From Phoronis australis (taxonomy: Eukaryota > Animalia > Phoronida): a stretch of DNA of 64,000 nt. This document shows, one piece after another, positions 24,001 through 33,618 of this stretch. A program made the position numbers and the translations under genes. Position 1 is the first letter of the stretch. Every line of letters begins with the position of its first letter. Location of the stretch: the NCBI GenBank assembly GCA_002633005.1, contig NMRA01000512.1, positions 248,884 through 312,883 on the forward strand. The letters run 5' to 3'. The notes under the pieces are model-generated. The model saw only the letters and a list, made by a program, of their open reading frames with translations. It was not told the DNA's origin and searched no databases.

Positions 24001-27000
24001 TTTTGAAAAAAACTTTGATAGCCTTTATGGTAATTTGTTATTTTTGGATTTATTGAATTTCAAAAATTCAATAAAGTAACGGTTCTCCCCTTTTGACAAT
24101 ACAGAGACATCATATGCACTACAGAATCGAAAATTTATCTGCACCCTTTATCAGTTTAAGAGATTGTGGACCGGCTGATCCTCTCTCCCCATAAATGTTG
24201 ATCTTGTGATCAGAAACACTTCGTAGCAGTGAAAAAATAAAAGTATTCCAGTAAATAATAGCTGAACATGTTATTTCCAATACGCTGATCACACGTCTTT
24301 CATTTTAGGTAAACTTCGAAAAAAACAATGTTAGATGGATTGCAACCAAAAAAGTTCTAAGTATTTCACCATCGACTTTGGATGATAGGCTAGCTTTAAA
24401 ACCCGAGGAACAAACTTTAATGTAAACGATGAAGATAACTTTAAATCAAAGACATGACATTTGATGAATAGCTGGTCTAGAAGGAAGTTAATAATTTTTG
24501 GAGAAATTACTGTTTTGAAAACAATGATTTCCAAAGGGGATTCACTCATTGCTCCCAACTCTTTCCAAGAAAATCTGGATGATTGAAAACTCATAGGGAA
24601 TATCATGGTTGGAATATTTTAAAAAGTTTCATTCAGAAAAGAAGATGGTGGTGAAGTTGAGATGCCAAGTATATAAACTATCAACAAAGCTTTGAAAATT
24701 TCAAGGATAAAAAGATCAAAATGTATATGTATATGTATGGACAATGAATTATGTCAACAATTATACTAAATCACATGCACCTTTACATAGTGCACTATGG
24801 GGAGCCTGTTTGAACCATTGGGGTGAGTTTTTAAAGAACAAATTTAAATCTTCTAGTGACAACAATAACTTTGCCTCTATTGGTCTATGGTTTAACATTG
24901 CTTTGCAAATTGGAAATAAAATGATCGTTTATAAAAGCTTTGAAGAAAATACAATGTGTTATATAAGTGATTTATTGAATGGAGATAAAAATGTTTTTAG
25001 TTTTGAAAATCTAAAAAAGTAAATCAATACAACTATAAACTTTTAAAAAAGTGTGTGAGAGCGATCATACATTAAAGTGTACGTATACTTTCAATAGTAG
25101 CTCAACATGTAAAATGATAAAGGGCATTGCGTCAACTTCAACTAAACAAAGGGTTTTCATGTAGATGATAGTACATGGAAAAACACTATCCATATCCCTT
25201 CAAATGTACACTAGATTCTTCAATACAATGGTTGCAATATGAAATATTACACAGGATCAGGCTACCAATTCTTTCTTAAAATTTTAAAATAGATATAACT
25301 GCCTGTAAAAACTGTACGTCACGTACCTTTTGTAATGCAGAAAGAGAAAGTCTAGAACATTTGTTTTTAATGTATTTTGACTGGAAATTTTCTGTCAGGT
25401 GTTAGTGCTTAGTTGTTGGCTAAGAGAGGTTTGGATTTAACTGAAGATAGAAAGATGACGATTCTTGTAATGTTGTTAAAAAGACATGAACAGTTGCAGT
25501 GTAAACAAAACACTGAAAGCTGCAGAATCAGAAAGTACCCTTTAAATATAAATACTCTTTGCAATCATATCCAGAAATATATACTTCTGAATATGGATGC
25601 CCGGGGGCCGTCACCCCGCCCCCTCCCTTCTGCAGGCTACTGTATGCACCGCATTATTCGGTCTTGTGGTTAGATGTGTCACTCCTGTGTAAGCCTGCAA
25701 GATGCCTAAAGAATCTACGATTCTCACAGCAGCAAATACATGTATTTCTACTGTTTCAGAAACCTATTATTCTGCACGAAATTGGTCATGCAGCTGGCTT
25801 CTTCCACGAACATAAAAGACCAGACCGTGACAACTACGTGCGAATACTAAGAGAAAACATTGCACCCTTTCAAGATTTTAACTTTGCAAAGTTCACTTCA
25901 CTCGCGATCAACACTTACAACGTTAGCTACGACTACGAGAGCGTGATGCATTATGGACAGTATGTGAGTATGCTTTCGAACTAGCAAACATAACAATCCG
26001 CTTACAGAAAGTATGTAATGCCGTATCATCATATGTCAAGTTGTGTACCTGTGGGACAAAAACACGTATATGTCGCATTAGCCCGCGCGTTTTGGCGCAC
26101 TATGAAAACGCTTGGGATGGCTTTCCATTTTATCGCAGCTGGTCCTTCAAGTTTACAAAGTTTGTAAACTATGTACAACACGCCCTGTTCTGCCACCGTC
26201 ATGTCATTTTAAAAAACAAAATTCAAAATTGCAGCACAGATTGGAACAACTTTTCATATACGTACGACCACTGTATGTGAAGGTACACGGGAAACATGCC
26301 AATTTGGGTAAATATTGATACTTAGAACATGACTAAGTGTGAATATTTCAGGCGGACATACCTAGTTAAAAATTTACGTCGCGGCGATCACACCTGTCCC
26401 CCTTCTGCGGAAGATGGTTCACTGGCGGTCTCGGATCTTCCTGCCTTTCCTGTGAAACTGTACTGGCGCGACCGCTGTTGGGTAGTGAGTGAAACGCCCT
26501 CTGCCAGGTTTTAGAGAGGTTAACTCTTGCTTTGATACGGGGGGGGGGATATTTTTAGCCGAGATTACAAACCAGTTGTTCTCTCTGTCGACAATTTCAA
26601 CATTACCATTAACTTTTAACTAGGTACGCTCGGCTGAAATATTCACTATTAGTCATATACATGGGCCTGGGTGAATCATAATGTTTATCAGTTAATTGAT
26701 ACTTTTGAATTTGATATCAGACGTTTTCAAAAAATGGAAAAAGGACTATCGAGACGCTGGACCCAACCAAGCAGAACATCATTGGAAAAAGCGAGGGACT
26801 AAGTTTCCGGGACGTCAAGTTATTAAACCTGATGTACGACTGTAAACCAAGTAAGTACTCGATGCATGTACAACGTGCTCTCTAACAGGGACTTTTCGCA
26901 TTAGCGCTCTCTAGCGCAATGAGAGCACGAAAGTGAATTAGGATTTATCCCTACAGGCTCAGATTTGGTAGACAGAAATTGAAATACTACATAAATATAA

Positions 27001-30000
27001 AGGCAGAGGAATAGATTCCACTATCAGCCTTCTTCCGCTTTATCTGCAGCAATAACCCCGACTTGGCTTTATCGCGGAAATGATATTTACAGTTGGAAGT
27101 CCATGGATGCAGGGGACGTCCATGTTCATCCGTTGATATTTCATAAGGTTTGCCTTTTTCATAAGGCATTGGTACATAACACCGCACAGCGCTGGAAATT
27201 TGCTGGCTTTACAACAGCATGAAAGATGTTAAAATACTGTTCATACCAGTAGGTTGAAACCTCCCGTCCACATATTACATGGGAGGTGGCGCTGAAATCC
27301 TGTCCACCAAAGACCTTACCGCCGTCTGGCGGTTAGTAATTTTCAGTATGGCCGCGGGCGCGGCTATTTTGAAAGTTAGCAATTGTTTTTTTCTGGAAGA
27401 TGTGCACAGTGCAATTATACTCCATGTCCAAGTGAATTTTTCTCATTTCAGTGATCAGCGTTTCCTATTGCTAGTCATTCTAGGGTATGCATCACTGAGT
27501 TCGCGGAAGACGTGATTTACAATTTTGATTCTTACGCACGTCCATGCCATTTCACGGTTCTTTGTGTGTATACCATGAGAGACATAGGAGCACTTTTACC
27601 AGCCACTAAAATGGAAGACATAGAATTGATTTCACTTTTTCCCTTATATCTGTCACTGTTAGGCATTATAAAGAAAACCAAACGCTCTTTACACGATTTG
27701 TGCCCTTCCCTTCGGATAACCAAAATTCAGCTAAGCAAAATAGCGTCTGAGGCCATGAATAACATAACTGATCTATTAGGACCAGGAAAGCCTCATATTA
27801 GACGATTTTGGCTCATCGTTTAATGTGGTATTCAGGTTGCCATGAGTCTTCCGACGCGAAGGATGTGTCCAGAAGGCAAAAAAACTGACGGGAAATGAGA
27901 AAAACAAGAAGTGAATGTAGTGCTATTGTTTTTTTGATTGATCTGAACTACAACAAACGATTTTTATGTTTAGTCTGCACGCCACCAGTTGGCCACATGA
28001 CGTGACCTATTGAATAGAATTACGAAAACATTTCTACCCCGACTCACAGGATGTGACCAAGAGGTGGCGTGCACACTAGACACATGTTATTTGCAATTGA
28101 TAACCCCATGCCAGTAAAAGATTTACATATTCATATAGCCTACATTGTAAACTGCAATGGATATCAGCTTTTGAAGTGAACATCATTTTAAAAATACAAC
28201 GTTAACAATTCTGTTTACTAGTGACAGGAAAATTAAGCTTCTATTTTTTATGTAGGCATGAGTATTTATAATGTGACGGCAAAGTGAATAAAATGTTAGT
28301 GATTGACACACGACTAAAAGCTTTAGAGGCGGGAAAATCTAACACGTGACTGGAAAATACTCCATCCCTACCGCCATAACCCCGTCAGTCCCATCTCTGG
28401 TCGACCATTATCACCTGTCACAACGGCAATTTGCCCTTCATAATGAATGGACATGCCTAGTTTATGATTCTGAGTCGACGAAATAGTACTCTACATCCGA
28501 ATGTTTTCAGTCATCCAGTTGGGTCATAGTATAAGAATCAATAAATCTGTTACTGGACTTACGGTACGTGGAGATGGCTACGTTGCGTCCTTTATCAGGC
28601 CACTGAGTCGAGAGGAGGACGCAACGTAGCCATCTCCACGTACCGTAAGTCCAGTAATAGATTTATTGATTCTTATAGTACTCTACATCTCCGCTAGGAT
28701 ATGTAAATTATGCACGTACTTGCAGGCCGATGCGCCGATAAACAGTGCCCTGGGGAGGGATACGTGGGTAAAGACTGCAGATGCTATTGTCCTGGCAATC
28801 CCGTGACAGAATGTGTTGGTGAGTAACTTAGAATCGTTCAAAACTGGTATTGCGAATTCTTTCAATCTTTCAGTTTCAAGATATAGCATTAGAAATTGTC
28901 ACCAGTAAAAGAGGCGCTCACAATGAAGTTGAGTGAGAAATAAAGAGATAAAAAATCAAATAGTGTTGAGTAAACAAATTCGATGAATACAATGAATATT
29001 TGCAGGGCATACCTGAGTGCCTATATTATGGACTGTTTCATGTAACCAAACAAGGGTTTCAGAAAAATGGGTTTCCTTGCGATCTTTTATAGATACGGGT
29101 TAGCTACAGCACCCGTCCGAGTCTCTCGACTCTGATTGACTATTAGACATGTAGGTGGACGTTACGGCCATCCCACATAGGTGGCCGTTACAGCCATCCC
29201 ACATGTACATGTACGTGTACTGTTTGGGTTTGTCTCCTCCACAAAGACGCTTTGGATAGCCACTCATTCAGTGGAACCTTGGTATCGTTGGAAATAAAGA
29301 AGGACCTCGGGTTTTGAAAATGATGAATTGGACTTGGTCGACACGTTGGACTCGTGTACATATGTATATACATATAGATTATTACGTGGCGAAGTCATTA
29401 TCCCCTGTAATCTAGAGCCCGAGTGGATTTTGGAGAATTATCGCCCGATAATAACGGGGATAACGACTAAGATCATGAAATGATCTTTTATACCACAAAC
29501 TGAAAGGTGAACATTGCACTGAATCGATCTACCTTTCTCGACTCGCCTCGGCTTTTGTACCATTTTCAATGTCAGAGGCCTGGGGTCGGAGGTCGTGACC
29601 TTTTAAGAAACGCCGAGTTTTCCTTGTTAAAATGATGTTTTACTTAAAACCAAATAAAATTTGAAACAAAATAGAAATAAAGTGAATCTGTAAAATAATG
29701 TTTTAGAAACTACTGAAGCTTACTTCGCATCTTGTGATACTAAAGCTTCCACCGTGAAAATATCGTCTGAAAAAGTAGTATAATGTCCAATTCAAAAGAT
29801 CCAGACGACATATTACTCGCATTCAAACTGGAGATCAATGATTTACAAGTGAGAGAAAATGACAGATATTTTTTTCTGAATTAAACATGTCGTTTATTGA
29901 AATTGTGCGTCTTATTTTTCATAGCGTATTAATATCGGTACCTTGACGTTTGTTGAACGTGGGATTGTTGCGCGTACTTATTTAAGTGTTCTATTTATTT

Positions 30001-30350
30001 TTCACATTTGATGACGTCAGCTGCTGCGTGGTGCAGTGGTAAAGTCGACGGCTCGAAACTCTTGCGAAGCTGTTTCGAAACCGGCTTCGGTTTCCCGCCA
30101 AAATGTTGTTTAACACCATTAAATAAACATTTGGGTTATTTAAAAGGTTGTATTGTCCATTCGACATATTGTGGTATAAAGAATGTTAAAAACAACTGTG
30201 CTGGGTTTTCTACTCCTTATTTAAGAGTGCAAGGACAAAAAGAAGAGACGCTGTAACAGGTGGGCTGCTATAGGCCGCTGTACTAAAAAACGATACAAGA
30301 AGTTCATGGAGAAGAAGTGTCGCAAGGCTTGCAAGCTGTGTGGTGAGTAA
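14973..30350 (+). CDS. Astacin-family (M12A) zinc metalloprotease gene A with EGF-like and ShKT domains (~383 aa, 9 coding exons)
   Basis: Exons 14973-15029, 16103-16163, 17249-17339, 17546-17751, 19444-19628, 25760-25963, 26721-26850, 28726-28818, 30226-30342 (stop at 30350 if unspliced). All introns are GT-AG with consistent phases. Motifs: signal peptide, RQRR|[28 protein letters not shown], ShKT cysteine pattern. Confidence 0.93.
16103..16163 (+). CDS. Astacin A exon 2 (signal end and propeptide)
   Basis: ttcag|[20 protein letters not shown]|gtaagt. Confidence 0.87.
17249..17339 (+). CDS. Astacin A exon 3 (propeptide, Asp-switch-like VEYDILL)
   Basis: tgcag|[30 protein letters not shown]|gtgagt. 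Confidence 0.87.
17546..17751 (+). CDS. Astacin A exon 4 (propeptide, furin site, mature N-terminus)
   Basis: [11 protein letters not shown](SEGPRxx)x3...[29 protein letters not shown]|gtgagt; contains a 21-bp repeat in 3 copies. Confidence 0.88.
18787..18900 (+). repeat. 38-bp tandem repeat x3
   Basis: Unit gtttaatgttaaccaatcaattgtgcagacctaccatg; not expanded in the gene B intron. Confidence 0.85.
19165..19335 (+). repeat. Degenerate ~21-bp minisatellite
   Basis: About 8 units resembling ttttcacccgggtggaaatta. Confidence 0.7.
19444..19628 (+). CDS. Astacin A exon 5 (catalytic domain)
   Basis: tag|[27 protein letters not shown]...GCSSFVGM...INLGMRCRT|gtaaac. Confidence 0.92.
21440..22190 (-). 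mobile_element. Decayed non-LTR retrotransposon 3' fragment (Hero/NeSL-like, restriction-like endonuclease)
   Basis: Minus-strand remnants [52 protein letters not shown] and LTVPW*, matching the zinc knuckle and PD-(D/E)xK region of RLE elements. Confidence 0.75.
22440..25460 (+). mobile_element. Decayed L1/Tx1-clade LINE ORF2 (APE, RT, CCHC)
   Basis: Broken-frame motifs [35 protein letters not shown]-like, DPLSP, QYAD and [13 protein letters not shown]; absent from the 660-bp equivalent intron of gene B. Confidence 0.85.
25760..25963 (+). CDS. Astacin A exon 6 (zinc-binding motif and Met-turn)
   Basis: [27 protein letters not shown]...[12 protein letters not shown]|gtgagt. Confidence 0.97.
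26721..26850 (+). CDS. Astacin A exon 7 (end of catalytic domain)
   Basis: cag|[43 protein letters not shown]|gtaagt. Confidence 0.93.
28530..28677. repeat. 62-bp near-perfect inverted repeat inside an insertion flanked by a 15-bp direct repeat
   Basis: Arms 28530-28591 and 28616-28677 with one mismatch; atagtactctacatc at 28483-28497 and 28675-28689; empty site in gene B (~48950). Confidence 0.9.
28726..28818 (+). CDS. Astacin A exon 8 (EGF-like Cys-rich domain)
   Basis: cag|[31 protein letters not shown]|gtgagt, phase 1-1. Confidence 0.92.
29374..30182. mobile_element. Non-autonomous insertion specific to gene A intron 8 (possibly Crypton-like)
   Basis: Absent at the paralogous site (~49435); carries the inverted pair tttataccacaa (~29487) / ttgtggtataaa (~30169). 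Confidence 0.5.
30022..30092 (+). other. Degenerate tRNA-like sequence (SINE-head-like)
   Basis: A-box-like tggtgcagtggt and T-arm-like gctgt-ttcgaaa-ccggc; acceptor stem is poor. Confidence 0.4.
30226..30350 (+). CDS. Astacin A exon 9 (ShKT domain)
   Basis: aag|[39 protein letters not shown]; donor gtgagt at 30343, or read-through GE*. Confidence 0.9.
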
Positions 30351-31059
30351 CTGTAATTGATATCTAGATCGTTCAAAATTAGTAACATGACGACTCTTAA
30401 TCAGCCAGCTCCGGAACAGGTAACACTCTTCGAAAATAACCACCATTGTTTCTGTGGTTTAAAACTTAATGAACTCTCTTGACAAAAACCAGACGTCTTT
30501 TCGTTGTCACTTTATCAACCATTTTCAGTGCTACTGCACCAATATTTCAAAAATACTTTATCATACCTCCGTCTGTTCATTTGTTAACACATGGTTTATT
30601 TAGTTTTTTCACGTCTTAAGCAGCCGCTACTTCCGTTTTGGACTCCGCGTATAAAAATAGAAATAGTGACGTCACATGAGTACGAGCTTCACCTTATCAC
30701 CCGACATTCCTGGAGACAACATTTCTGCACAGCGCGCGAACAGTTTGGTGACAAATGCTCATCGAACTAGTCTTTTTGCTGAACAAAATTGACTTATCTT
30801 AAAGTGTAAAGATGTACATGTACCCATTCAGGAAAGTCCATAACCAAAAAATCACTCTGTTTTACTGGGCTATGATAATTGACAAAAATTCAAATAGAAG
30901 AAGTCGTCTGCTCTACGTGGTTGGCTTACCAAGAACGCCAATTTGTCGTCAGTTGATGCAGAAGATCTGCATTGAAAGGTCAGTAGTGCAGTAGTTACCC
31001 CCTAGTAACATTACCAAAGCGAGAACCAGGGCGACAAAGCAGACAAAGGCCACTGTTCT

Positions 31060-31215
31060 CAGTGGCGGATTTAGAGGGGGGCCAAGGGGGCCATGCCCCC
31101 CCTAAAATTCTCCAAGATTCCATTGGCCAGTTCTGGAAGTGCCTACGTCTGACAGGCAAAACCCTTTCTAATACTCTGCCCTGCCCCCCAACTCAAAATC
31201 CTGGGTCCGCCTATG
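31060..31215. mobile_element. CAG(T/G)GGCGGA-terminus MITE inserted in the Penelope relic
   Basis: Ends cagtggcggat...gtccgcctatg; a related copy lies in opposite orientation at 52661-52815. Confidence 0.65.
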
Positions 31216-32204
31216 GTTCTGCATTGCAACAACTATAGCACCAAAGTTGATAGTTTTCTGTCCGATCGTGACAAGCGCGAGTAGTACAAGAGACTAATAC
31301 CACAGTAAATGTTGAAATTGGAGAGGTCGGGCATTATTCCTAAGGATCTAAAAATTAAACTTCGTGGCTTTTTATGGTCTACTTAAGATTCGTAAGGCTA
31401 GGATTTCCCTTGAAACCAAAATCCTGCTCCATTGACTCTGTCACTTAGAATCAGACTGAATACCTGGCATCGATTTTTCTCTGTTGGTGTGTGGGATGTC
31501 AGTTTAGGAAGATTATACTCTTCTTGACTATGAGAGCACATCCCTATCCTCGCGCATCTCCAGGAAGAGTCTATTAGTGTCGTAAGCCAGAGGTTCTTTA
31601 GGGATCCTACACCTGCACCGTAGTTCACTGCACCAGATTGTCAATCCGGGGTATTTGTAATCTTTTTTGCCTGCCCCTGAAAAAGGGATTTTTTTCGACG
31701 CGCACATGGCTACGGTATAAAGTCGCCGGTCTATCCTATTGTAGAGAATTTGCGCATTGACGATTTTGAGGAACGTGCGCCTTGTTGGTTCACTGGTCAA
31801 CAACCAACCTGTTTATTGCGTTAACAGAAGAGTTCATATCAGACAGTAGTCTCCTGTTCCTGGATTGTTTAGTGTCTTTGGATTCTAATAAGCATGTTTA
31901 TTGTAAGATGTATTAGACGTCTGCGCACACCAACAATTATTTTACGTCTGATTGGAAGCATCCTATCTGTCATAGGTATTGTGTTATACGTTCTATGAAT
32001 TACATTAGAGAGCACTTAAGTGTCAAGCCTTCGGATAGGGAAGTGGATAAAGAACACTTTGATAGTGCTTTGTTCAAATGCGGATACTAACGGAGGGTGT
32101 TGGGTAGTACGTTTAGAAGTCAGCCACGCATTGAAAGTTGGTCTTTTGCTAGAGTGTAGTTTCCGTATGTTTAAGAATTGTCTGAAAAGGTACAGCGTAT
32201 CGGG

Positions 32205-32402
32205 TCTGATCATGAGATCAATGTTATCTGATCGTGGGATCAATGTTGCCTGATCGTGGGATCAATGTTGCCTGATCGTGGGATCAATGTTGTCTGATCG
32301 TGGGATCAATGTTGTCTGATCGTGGGATCAATGTTGTCTGATCGTGGGATCAATGTTGTCTGATCGTGGGATCAATGTTGTCTGATCATGAGATCAATGT
32401 TG
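32205..32402 (+). repeat. 22-bp minisatellite x9
   Basis: (t/c)ctgatcgtgggatcaatgttg in 9 copies; a single unit at the paralogous site (~53382). Confidence 0.95.
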
Positions 32403-33210
32403 CCCACTGTAAGTAGAAAATGCAGCAGCGTTGGTGCATCCCAAGGACAAACCTGCTAAAGGTTGGTTTTATTCATCCGCTGAGAAAGCGACAATTGTAG
32501 CTAGGAGCATATCGTGGAAACTCAGGAACCCTTACGTAAACGATGCAAGGACTCTTGTATGCGAATGGCCACGAGTGCAAAAATAACCGTGTTGAATGTT
32601 TCGAGTAGGGACAAGAACTGGCTCGAAAGAGGCGTCACGCATGCCATTTTCACTATAGCATAAAACCCGCCACTAAACAGACACGACAGTTGCGGGTTTG
32701 CTCTGTTCACTGCTTAGAGGACTAGTGAGAGCACAGCGCGAGGCTCTAACTGTCCCTCCATTCAATGCATTAAACCATTCCTCATGAAGGGAGCGCGATG
32801 CTCCCTATGGCTTTAGGATTTTGTTAAAAACCATAGACCAGTTGAGCTGATTTAATTTCTTTGATTATAACATTGACTTGAGCATCCGTCTTGGCCGAAA
32901 TAATACACTTTAGGTAGTCTTGCACTTATCAAAGGTGTTTTGTACGATCAGCGCGAGTAACCGTTGAGCACTTTGTGTCGTCGGAGCCGATTAACATAAT
33001 GAGTTAAAGTATAAACTACTGGCATATAGCTTAGGGCAACCCAAAAATTAAGTGCCGATCTCGTACCAGCAACCACCCCACGGTATACTGGTGGCCTGTC
33101 TGTCTCCTCTACAATGACGATATCCGGTAGCCAGACATTCTGTGCCACCTACCGCCTATAGCATGCAACTGTCACCTACAACGTTGAGCAAATTCCTCTT
33201 CATTCCGCAG

Positions 33211-33329
33211 ATTGAAGGACAACAACTAAACACAAGATGTCACTGTTGGGCTGCTGAAGGCAAATGTAGCAATAGGCGACACTAAAACGTACATGGCGAA
33301 GGATTGTGCCAAACCCTGCAAGCTCTGTG
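33211..33329 (+). pseudogene. Degenerate second ShKT exon downstream of gene A
   Basis: Good acceptor (ttccgcag), immediate TGA and frameshifts; fragments KDNN, CHCWAAEGKCSN and TKTYMAKDCAKPCKLCG. Confidence 0.8.
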
Positions 33330-33551
33330 GTGGCAGAGACGGATACCTATTCAGCGATTCATGAAATGTATAAAAATAATATGTAAAGCAATCCAACTTC
33401 TTTATTCTCTTTCAATCCCCTCCAGGGAATTCCATAATGCTCGTGTTGTTTAAAAACCTAACTCACGAAATATACAGACACTGAAGTATGAGAAAACAAC
33501 TCGTAGAACTCAGTTGGTCCTGAAGTTAGCGTATCTACTCGTTACGCAAAA

Positions 33552-33574
33552 TGTGTTTGTGTGTGTGTGTTTGT

Positions 33575-33614
<40 letters not shown>

Positions 33615-33618
33615 GTGT
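33552..33618. repeat. (GT)n microsatellite
   Basis: Imperfect GT dinucleotide run. Confidence 0.9.

Larger units (their letters stand above)
30860..32880 (+). mobile_element. Decayed Penelope-like retroelement (RT and GIY-YIG)
   Basis: Remnant motifs in order: PPSNITK, ADKG, SPVYPIVENL, LxFLDCLV, HTNNY..HP..H, ALFKCGY, PYV*ELSEK, LVHPKDK, ET.EPLRKR, WLERGV..AIF..PLNR. Confidence 0.85.

Noticed and set aside
30022-30092. Functional tRNA gene
   Set aside because: The acceptor and anticodon stems do not pair well and the sequence sits inside a paralog-specific insertion.
32205-32402. CRISPR-like array
   Set aside because: The units are contiguous with no unique spacers, in eukaryotic context; this is a minisatellite.
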